From Basidioascus undulatus (Eukaryota): DNA of 32,837 nucleotides. Below the pieces are notes generated by a model that saw nothing but the letters and a program-made list of their open reading frames with translations, was not told the origin of the DNA and did no database searches. Within the stretch, counting starts at the first letter, position 1. Every line of letters begins with the position of its first letter. Shown here piece by piece: positions 23,571-32,837 of the stretch. The translations under genes and the position numbers were made by a program. The stretch covers positions 1 through 32,837 of the forward strand of contig JTLS01000088.1 in assembly GCA_000826855.1 (NCBI GenBank). The letters run 5' to 3'.

Positions 23571-25300
23571 CACCTTGCTTTTGAAGTGGACCATCGAGTA
23601 CCCCATTTCGCCCTGACGGACGTCGTTGAAACGCAGCTCCGTGTCCATCGGCATCCCGAGATACTAGATATAATTTAGGCGAGGGAGTTGGTGGCTGTCG
23701 ATGGTTAGCGGAAGGGATTGCGGAGAGAGGGGAGCCTTGCGGCACGCCGACAGGCGCTGGGATGTGCCGGAGAGAATGCCGCTGACGCGGGTCGCGGTGT
23801 TGCGACCGGAGAGGAAGGATGAAAAATGCTAGAAGGGGGCGTGGAAGGTTACGCTTTTACCGTTCTCCAAAAGTTTCCTGGGAAGGCAAGTGTCAAAAGC
23901 CCCTTCCGTGTCAAGGGCGAGTCACCGGACGACGCGCCCGCCTCGCCAGCTGTTCTTGACGAACTCGGTCACCGTCAGTAGAGTGTCTGAGTGCTGCGTC
24001 CTGAACGTGCTCCAAAGTGAGTGCGGTGGAGTAGGTTGTACTTCTCGATCGGGTAAGCGGTGCGCGCAGCGAGGACTTTCTCGAAGACCACCGAGATAGC
24101 TGGCAGTAACGCGACCGGACGGTAAACGCGTGGGTTAGTATAGTCCTCCTTCCTTGATTTCTTGATGGCCGCTGTGATCGCCTCTTTGAAAGCGGCTGGG
24201 TAGTGACCTGCTTCCATGGCTGCGGAGGCGATGGAGAAGAGCGGGCGGCGTAAGTGTGCCCATCCGGCTTGCAGAACGCGGGCTATGAGTCCGTCACGAC
24301 CGGCCGCTTGTCAGGCGACATGTAAATTGCCGCTTCATCGAGATCGTGGATCTCTATCTTTGGAAAAGAGATGCTGGATGAGTAGGTCTCGAGTGGGTCG
24401 TCAGCGTTGCTCGGGGGGTCACGGTCATCGACGACGAAGTTGGAGCGGAATAGCTCTGCTTGTTTCTCCGGCGTCATCGCAACGTGCCATCTGGTCGTTT
24501 GAGAGGAGGAAAGAGCGTGTTAGAATTGGGGCGGTTTGTGGCATACTTCGACGCCCGAAAAAGGTTCTCCTACGTCAGGTTAGCCAAGTATGAGCGCAAG
24601 TGTGCTCGCTTGTAGGACCTGATGCTCTTTGAGTATGTCCTGCGGGATTCTTTCCAAGCTTCCTCATCGTCAGCGCGGGTGCGCTTGAAGATTCGACGAA
24701 GGCGCATCATGCGTGCGCAGGGTGGGAGGGTGTCAGACCACCATCGCTTCGAGTATCGACAGCGACGGATGAGTGGGGCCGAAGCCTCAGCCGCTTTAGC
24801 TGCGATTCGAAGGAGATCAGAACCAGCATGATCGAGGTTGCGCGCGATGGGGCGGGGTCCCTCCCAGTCAGCGAGGTCAGTCCAGCCGCTTGTTGAAGGC
24901 CTCATGGTCGAGGCGACGCCATTTGCGTCTCTGTGCTTCAGAAGGAGGAGGAGAGGTGAAAGCAAAGGAGGTAAGAAGGGGGAGATGGTTAAAATTGTGG
25001 TTATAACCTGGCGTGACGACGCACTTGGCTAATAAGTCGGAAGCCGTCTCGTTAGCGAAGACAAGGTCAAGGGTGTGTATGGTAGCATGTGCGTCGGACG
25101 TGTATGTTGGTACGCCGCTTGGCGAAATAAGTTCGAGCCCGTGACTTGCGACTGTAAAAAGTAGGTCATCCGCTTCGTTATTAGTGCGCGTCGCCTCTTC
25201 GGGGTTCCATAGATCGTGATGTAGGTTTGTGGATAGGATACCGGATACCATGAGCTTTTGGGTAAGCATTCACGAGGTAACCGCCTGAAAGAATGGATAC
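23570..25300 (-). mobile_element. Degenerate non-LTR retrotransposon (LINE, Tad1-like) ORF2 remnant: AP endonuclease plus reverse transcriptase
   Basis: APE-like NLHHDLWN...GLELISPSGVPTY...TLDLVFAN; linker SKRWWSD; RT N-terminus FKEAITAAIKKSRKEDYTNPRVYRPVALLPAISVVFEK...THFGARSGRST, LDTEGAFD and GVPQGSPLS. Many frameshifts and deletions; no YADD motif seen. Confidence 0.9.
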
Positions 25301-25308
25301 GCAGCATA

Positions 25309-25752
25309 CCTTACGTCAATGTTGATCCACAGATATCTGGGAGTCTACATCCCACGTTCAGGGGTCCGCCAGTGTTGGCGCAAAATTGGAGGGACATGAA
25401 GCTCACCCGACAGTCTCAATCCTTATCTTATTAAATCCCCGTTCGGTCTCCTCCCCAGACGGCTCAAACGCGTCAACGTGCCACACAGCTCTCTTTCCGG
25501 CCGTCTCCCCGTCCAGCAGCGAAAACTGCAGTGCCTGGACACCCTCCTGTTCAAGCAGCTTCTCATACCTCCTCTGGTGTCTTTCCGAAGAAATCGAGTC
25601 CGCTTGTCGATAGAAAGCGTCGCGAGAGGGACACACGCGTCCTGAGCACCGAGTTTGAAGTCCGAGTGGACTTGCGCGAGCGTTTCGGCGGATTGCGGCG
25701 CGAGAAGATAGGCGCGTGCGACGGGGGTGTTTTCGCGGCGGATGCGACCCAT
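25309..25752 (-). pseudogene. 5' exons of a hypothetical gene, frameshifted, ending next to the LINE
   Basis: MGRIRRENTPVARAYLLAPQSAETLAQVHSDF.../RDAFYRQADSISSERHQRRYEKLLEQEGVQ...IRIETVG, then a GTGAGC intron, a short exon and a GTATGC donor at 25309. Confidence 0.45.
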
Positions 25753-26129
25753 AATGGACTGCTGCGGTGGACAAGAAACGAGAATACAAGGTAGATGATG
25801 GAGAAAGGCAAGCAGGATCAGTGCTCCACACACCCAAGCACACCGCATGAGCCACAAAACATTACAAATAAAGGGCTGTGTGACGCGTGAAGTAGTCGTG
25901 CGCTGGTAGGAAGTACCTATTACATGGAAGCTCGGCTCCGATGGCGGAATTGCCATATCGTGACTTGTGTTTTTCACAAGCAGTGGGAAAGAGAAAGACA
26001 ACGCAGCAATATTAGACAGACCGGATCGAATGGGTACAGTGCCGGACACCAAATGTCAACCGAGTCTCGGTCTCGCGTCTCGCTTGAAAATTTGAGCAGT
26101 CCAGATGCATATTCTTGCTTGTTGGTGTC

Positions 26130-27060
26130 TGAAAAGCCCTAAAAAAATGAGTTCCGGTCTAGGTAGCTCAAATTTTGGGGTGTGGCCAAATTTTCGACCT
26201 CAAGATCCGACTCTACGGGTGTCAGCGGGCGGTCCCCTTGACGCTCTCGCGGGCGGCTCATTGGATGCAAGATCGCGGCGGCGCTGGGGTTTGTAGAAAT
26301 TAAGGCAACAGCATAACAAAGGACAAGAGGGCTGCAGTGGTCGCGTCTGTCCCTTTTTGGACAATGCTACCAAGCTCGTCGGTACAAACCCGCTTGGTGC
26401 CAATATTTTTTGAGGCTCTGTACATTGCACAGACAAACAAATGTTAGTTTCACAGACACATGTATACAAAGGTCATCTAGTTCAAAGCACATTCTATGCT
26501 CAGCATGGCCACACTGAGCATTTGCGGGGTTGGCCAGATGCACGCACAGCTCAGCATCCGCGTTCTTGTTCATCTATTCGCCCTCCAAGCCCTCTTAACC
26601 TGCGCTTCCAGATCCTAATTGTCGGAAAAATGTGATGGGCGCATCTTGTTGTTGTGTTGTTGATAACGTCCTGGTTGTTGTTGGAAGATGAGGTATGAGG
26701 AGGAGGATCCTTCTTGAGGGTTTCTGAGATCTTGTATTTGATTTGGGTGGTCGACCACGCTTGTTAGGATGCATGGTGAGACGGAGGGGCAAAGTGAACT
26801 GAGAGAACAATTGGAAGAGCGTCTTTTCTCGCGAAGGCGGCCCGACGTGAGCCTCGCCCTTCGAAGCGTCTTGCCTTCAACATTTTTCACGCACTCGCAC
26901 AATTTTTTCGATTCAACAGTTTCTATTATAATATTTTACTGCTATTACTCATGATACTAGTGTATACTAGATACCAATTGGCTGTAGTATGGGGTGCGGC
27001 CAAATTTTGGCGGTCACCAATATGTTTTTGTAAATACAGCTTGGTTTCTAGGGCTTTGAG
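26130..27060. mobile_element. Putative degenerate DNA transposon or Helitron-like remnant
   Basis: Near-identical 18-mers GGGGTGYGGCCAAATTTT at 26177-26194 and 26991-27008. Imperfect inverted pair aaagccctaaaaa (26133-26145) / tttctagggcttt (27045-27057). The interior is AT-rich and carries a broken ORF (KRGRPPK; DLEAQVKRLGGRIDEQE). Confidence 0.35.
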
Positions 27061-27621
27061 GGCCACCCTTTCGAGATCATTTTCGCCAGGAGAAATATGA
27101 TACTGATGAGGCGACGAGTGAACAAAAAATATCAGGACAAGGGTCAGAACTTGGTTGACCTTTGGTGTCCCGCATTGTAGGTACCTGGCGCCAGCACAGG
27201 TCGGGTTGCAGTCGACACACCTCTCGACCCTTTCTCAAAGTCTGCTCGACACAAATCCGAATTCCGAACAAGCACTTGACGGATACCATCGAGCTCTTCA
27301 TTCGGCTGTGGTTGCCCACTCTTGAGCCACACAAGTCGACTGAGAGGCTCCAAAGCGTGCGGTTCCCAACGGTTCCCTGAGCACGATAATCAGCTACTGT
27401 CACTGCAGGATATCTTTGGCCCGGGAAGGAAGTCCCTGAAAGATTCCCAATCCCTCGATGCACACGAAAACGCTTTTAGCGTTTGTCGAAGGACCGGCAT
27501 CGCGATATCAAGGCCGGGCAGATAATAAGTACTTTTTAAGCCACTTTGGAATTGCAATGCCGCTACAGCGCAAACCCTACCAAAGCCCTAAATAGCCTCA
27601 GGCGTTCCGCTTCTCTTCTTT

Positions 27622-28315
27622 TTGTTCAAATCTCCTGCCGCCTCCACAGGCAGCCTTCAAAGAGCAGCGCGATTGTATCTCCCTTCTGGCGGCGCGCCGC
27701 ACACACACGCCTGGCTTGTCCCGAAGCCTTTTCCACCCCGCAGCGCTTATTATGTCGACAAGACGACTGCACGCATCACCGCCTTGATATCGTCTTCGCC
27801 CGGCAATTTAACCCTGTTCCTTTCTCGGAAACCCGACGTTCTCTCTCTGATGATGAAGTCCCACACAGACCACCTTCAGCTCCACGCAGCGATCTTGTTG
27901 GGTGGCCCAGCTCCTTCCACCCATCTTGCGTCTGAGGTTGACTATCGAGTTGCTCATTTCTCCCTGACCGACATCGCGAGGTTACTGGTCCGCGCCGCAC
28001 GCCTTGTTGGGAAGAGAGGGGCTAGTTCGCGCTGCAGCTTCAGCAAATTGATCGCGATCAGCGCTCCTGTCGATGTCGATCCCGAACAGCTGAGAGAAAT
28101 GCTCGTGTACGCCAACCTTGCCGCCCATGCTGCATAGTGCGATGTTTGTGGGCGTACTTCCGGATCGGCTTGGCAAGACTGTAAGGGCGCCGCCTACTCT
28201 TCTCGAGAGCATCAGAAGCAGGATTGGCCTTGGCACAAGGCTGTAAGTCAACAAATGACCGTACATGCAATACACCGGCTGACTAAGGGCTGAGGTGTTT
28301 GCAAACAGTGGTGCA
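27622..28315 (+). pseudogene. zf-MYND finger protein pseudogene
   Basis: The ORF ends at TAG 28135-28137. The same frame continues CDVCGRTSGSAWQDCKGAAYSSREHQKQDWPWHKA|(GTAAGT intron), a MYND finger with two Cys ligands replaced (by W and S). Confidence 0.75.
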
Positions 28316-28706
28316 AGGCGCACAGGCTAAAGCGGTCGTAGCGGTCGAGTGCGCCGAACGGGGTGGGTCGAGCGAGATGCCTGAGTGGCCTGGGGAAAGA
28401 GATGCGTTTTGCAACTTCATGATAATATTGGGCTTCGTTCGAGTCGCTATTGGAGGTTGCATGGGATTCCATTTGCTGTGTCCAAGAAATGTGCGCTCAT
28501 TAAGCTGTTTCACATGCATTGGTCGCGCGGAGGTGAAAACTTCCAGACATCAGAATGGCAGCAGCGCTGAAGGTGCATCGAGGCAGGGAAGTCTGCGTGC
28601 TCGAGCAAAGACGACCACATCCCCGCATCATAAGACCGTCACCGACGTGCTAAGCGTAAGTTCTTAAAAGAAGGTCCCAAGGTCCGCAACATAAATGGGC
28701 GAAAGT

Positions 28707-31700
28707 CTATGAGTGTCTAATCTCGTCCCCCTCGCTCTCCCCGCTCTCCTCGACCCTCTCCAGCTCCGGCTGTACCTCGAACATCGCGTCGAACTCTCTG
28801 ATCCCGACGCCCGTGTTTTCGATGACGCCGAACGCCTCCTGACACGTCCGCCCGAGGAACTCGAGCTCCTCGATGACGGTTTGGATGCAGAGCGCGTATG
28901 CGAAGTAGAGCAGGTACTGGCTGTCGCCGCGCACTGAGCGCCGGCGGACCGCGGGCAGCTCGCGGATCTTGGCGAGTAGGCGGGCGCGCGCAGCTGCTGC
29001 AGGGGGGAGGTACGGAGGAAGGGGCGTCTGAGGAGCGATGGGTGAGCAGGAATAAGGGAGAAGTCTGAGGGAAAGAGAGCCTTGGAAGATCGACACACGC
29101 GAAGGCGGAAAGCGGCGGCGAGGACGGAGAAGTAGAGGATGATGGATCCGACCATCTAATGGGCGACATATTAGACGTCTATGAACACGTACTAATGCAG
29201 AAGTAAAAGAGCTCACCTCTCGTCGCTCCTTGTTGACGGGAATGATGAAATCCCGTCGAACAGTCTGCCGAGTGACAAAGCATCAGAGTGGCCGCATGGA
29301 ACGGGACTCACGCAGGACGAAATACATACCGAATACCTGAAATACACCAATCCAGTCAGTTCAGTTCCCCCAGATCTGGAAAGCGACCGGAAGCATACCA
29401 TTGGGGCTTGTTCGTCACGACCCTCATCGAATGGATCGCCTCGAGAACGCGTTGCAGACTGAACAAAATGAGGACCGTCAGTTTTCCGAAGCCAGATGTA
29501 TGGCGGTGTAAGGTACCTGTTCAGCATGGTAGCATACTGCGCAACCGGGAACGGGCCCTGCAAATAACCGCCAAGATTTCAGTTCGGGCAGTTTGGACAT
29601 TTCAGCGGAGCGCCTACCTTGAGTCGCGGCTCGTTCTTAGTTTGCGCAAGCAAGTCCCGAAGTTTCAACAACTCCAGTTGGAGATGGAGCTCCCTGCGCG
29701 CGGACGCGATCCCATTCACCAGCATCAGCTCTCGTCCCATTCGAGATCCGAGTTGGACTTGATGCACATGGCAATGAACTCCCTCGCGGCCGAGTCAATA
29801 TGCGCCGTGGCAGTCTTGCTGAGCAGGCCCGTGCGCTCGTCGGCCGCCTCGAGCGTAGGCGCGACGTCGTAGTACTGCGAACCAGTGTCGTTGTATGGCG
29901 CGGCGGCGAGTGCCTGCGGCGGGGTGGAGTAGGAGAGGACGAGGCGGTTGTAGAGGTAGCCGAGGTCGAGGCAGAGGCTTGAGGTGCGCAGTGCGTGATG
30001 GTCAGTGAGAAAGGAAGTGGGGAAGAAGGATGCGCGGGCTGAGATGAACGACGCACTCAGACATCCCGTTCCGCAGCTCGCGGCGCGCTTCGAAGGGCCA
30101 CCAGAGGCGGCTGACGATGAGCGACCAGAGGATGCCGAGGATGACGGAGACCGAGCGGCGGTAGGCGATCTCGACTGGGTGCGTGTCGCGCTCGCGGAGG
30201 CTGCGACAGGGTCCGACGCAGTGTCAGATCATGGCTCGCGCGGTGCTGACAAGCTCGCGGCTCACTTGAACGAGTAAAGGCAGGTGAGGTTGTCTAGAGA
30301 GTGATGGGAGGCATGAGCGGGGGGCGGAATCGTGAGCTCTGCAGAGGTCAAAGTTCGCACAGGTAAGGAGGATGAAGCGCCCTGTGGATGCTAATGCTGG
30401 TTTGGTCACAATGATGTAGAAGCAGGGTAGGGAGAAGAACTTCGAGATGAGAAAGGTGTCAGTTTCATGCAAGCACGGGGCAAGGAAAAAGAAGAGGACG
30501 GACGAAGCCGAAGATAGGAAGCAGGATGGCGCCGAGCAAGCCGTCGCCGAGGAGGAGATAGATCGCGCACGCGACGCCAGCACCGAGGAGTGTGCCGGCC
30601 GCACGGTGCAGGCCAAGGAAGTTGGTCTGAAAGCACCAACCGAACGCATCAGCCGTCTGCGAGTTTCAACGAAATGTGAGTGGAATGTACCTGGCCGACG
30701 GTGGGAGACAGGCAGACGAAGCAGCTAAGCAGCGCCCACTCGATGCGCCACTCGAGCGCCATGGGCCTCCAGCGCTCCGTGAACGCGGGCGAAGCGAGGA
30801 GGGCCATCGCGCCGCCTAGCCATCCCTACCCATCAATTCCATCGCCCATCGCCCGTCTCCGACGCTCTCCCGGGACGCACCGCACTTGATAGCGTACTTG
30901 ATGTCCTGCTTGCGCAGGCGCTGGCCGATCGCCCAGATGAGGTGGTTGAACCGGAGCCAGGCGGTCGGGAGCGTCGACCGCAGCGGGGACTGCGCGGTGT
31001 CGGCCTTGTTGCTCGACTTCTTGGGGAACGCGGACGCGGGGGCTTTGTATTCGGAGGGGTCAATCGGGATGAGGGTTGCTGTGCAGGCGCCGCGTTCCGT
31101 TTCAGTTCCCACTTCCAAGCACCAAGGTCAGAAAAAGAGGTATGCGTACACAGCGTCTTCCTCAACGCCTTCCTGCGCTCGCCCACAACGCGGCGCTTCC
31201 CTGCGCTACCGGGAGCGCCGGTGAACCACCCCAACGCCCAAGCCCACCAGCGCGCGCGGCGCGCGTCGGCGCGCCGCTCCTGGTCGTAGATCTCGCCCAT
31301 GCTGTCCACGAGGTGGCGCAGCTCGAGCGCGAGCTCCTGCAAATTGAAGAGGAAGAAGTAGAGCACGAACACGCTCTCGCCCGCGTCGGGCGCGTGAGCT
31401 TGCACCGGCGGGGGGGGAGCGGGCTCAGCTGGGGAGGGAGAGGAGGGAGGCGGGTGCGAGGCGCGCGTGTAGATGCGCTTGATCGCGCGACCTTGGGCGC
31501 GGGAGGAATGGCGATCAGTTCCGGTGCTTTGAGAGCGGGGAGGAGGGCGGAGGGCGGAGAAAGGGAAGACGCACTGGACGTCCGCTCGAAGTTCTCCAGC
31601 GCCTCAGAAAGGTCGTCGCGCAGCTTCGAAAAGTCGTGCTCGTCACCCTCAGGCGTCGAGTACTTTGCACCCGCACGCGAGTGGATGAACGCCGTGCGGA

Positions 31701-32837
31701 TCTGCTTGAGCGTGCGGGTGCATGTTTTCTGCAGCCGCATCCAAAGTCAGCCATGTGTGTGGAAACCGACGGAGGGGCGGCAGACGCACGGTGAGCTTCA
31801 GCATCGGCCCGTCGACGGACTCGAGGAACTCAGTGAAGACCGCCGACTGCGGGTCGGTTTCTGGAGCGGATTCGCCGGCGGTGGGGGACGAGACGGCGTG
31901 CCCCGCCGCGTCGCGCTGCGTGAGGATGGGCATCATGTCCCCCTGCATCATGATCCCGCTCCTGAGCCTGCGCATCCAAAACGAGCGTACCCCACCTTCA
32001 TTAGTCATTCGTGCCAAGAGCATAACGCGCAAGTCTGCCACGCACCCAGTGATATGCTGCGCCAGCCTCGTCATGCTATCCACCACGCGGTCATACTCCT
32101 CGCTCGCCCCGGCGCGGGCGATGCGGGCATCGCACAACCACTCCTTCTTCGCCTCATCAAGGTTCTTCTTGAGCGAGGTGAAGCTCGCGTTGTGTGCGTC
32201 CGCCGCGCGCTTCAAGTGCGAGGGCTCCGCGGTGAGCGTCGGGTCGAGGAGGAAGGTTTTCGTGAGCACGCGCAGGAGGGTGGCGAAGGAGGAGAGGGTC
32301 AGGTTGATGTCGTTCCTGGTTGGATGGCAGCGAGGGTGAGCAGGGGAGGATGAAGGGAGGGGAGGAGGAAGGGGGGCGAGAGGAGGGAAGGACGGACTGA
32401 AGCCGGGATGTTGCGCTTGCGGGCCAGAGCGTAAAGCACACGATGTTGGAGATGAGCGTGCCGATGATCGCGATTGCCCCGATCTGGATGAGCTTGTGCA
32501 CGCCTCCCTCCTTCACAACTCTATCCCACCATCCGCCAACATCAGCACCAGTCTCCCCACCCTCCAAAAAAGGAAGAAGGGATACCCACACGCTGAACAA
32601 GATTATACAAGCCATACTGCAAGCCGAATTAAAAGTTGGCTTCCCCACCCACACTTTCGCCCAAGCCGTAGCGCCCATTGCCGCCCCGATCCATCCAAAA
32701 GCAACTACAAAGTTGCCCGTGGACGCGCCGAGGTCGTCGAGCGAGAAGATCGCGCCGAGGCAGAGGAGCGCGGCGAAGAGGAAGGTGAAGAGCGAGAAGA
32801 GAGAGGCTTCGACCATTGCTCCGGCTGTTTTGGCGGG
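28707..32837 (-). CDS. FUSC/ArAE_2 (aromatic acid exporter-like, YGL140C-type) membrane protein; multi-exon; 5' end lies outside the window
   Basis: The spliced frame is open: PAKTAGAMVEAS..., LISNIVCFTLWPASATSRLQ, ESVFVLYFFLFNLQE, QDIKYAIKCGGAMALLASPAF...EWALLS...SPTVGQTNFLGLHRAAGTLLGA, GRFILLTYNLTCLY, WWPFEARREL, TKNEPRLKGPFP, PLPPYLPPA, YLLYFAYAL. Confidence 0.88.

Noticed and set aside
31076..32353. 425-aa + strand ORF
   Set aside because: Antisense shadow of the GC-rich transporter exons; Arg/Gly-rich with no motifs.
1..32837. tRNA, rRNA or prokaryote-type operons and defence systems
   Set aside because: None recognised; gene structure is spliceosomal throughout.

Overview
Eukaryotic, intron-rich fungal DNA. 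GTGCGT/GTACGT/GTGAGT donors, CTGAC/CTAAC branch points and mostly 50-110 nt introns suggest a basidiomycete, probably a Pucciniomycotina-type yeast (inference). Most ORF-track entries are antisense shadows or read through introns, so I rebuilt the gene models by hand. Apparently intact genes: a divergent ARID-like DNA-binding protein (runs off the left edge), a histidine phosphatase/phosphoglycerate-mutase-like protein, a 141-aa two-exon orphan, a UPF0658 membrane protein, a Pmp3-domain protein and a FUSC/ArAE-type transporter (runs off the right edge). A 12-exon GST is intact except for one AT-AG intron. The lower-GC spacers are full of decayed sequence: a doubly frameshifted intronless kinase, an SNG1/DUF3533 3' half fused to an unrelated fragment, a zf-MYND pseudogene, a degenerate LINE that seems to split a gene, and a ~0.9 kb element with paired hairpin/CTAG motifs. 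I cannot show a definite new biological system. The best leads are the AT-AG intron, the kinase, the possible gene-capturing element, the orphan gene and several 6-22 nt microexons.
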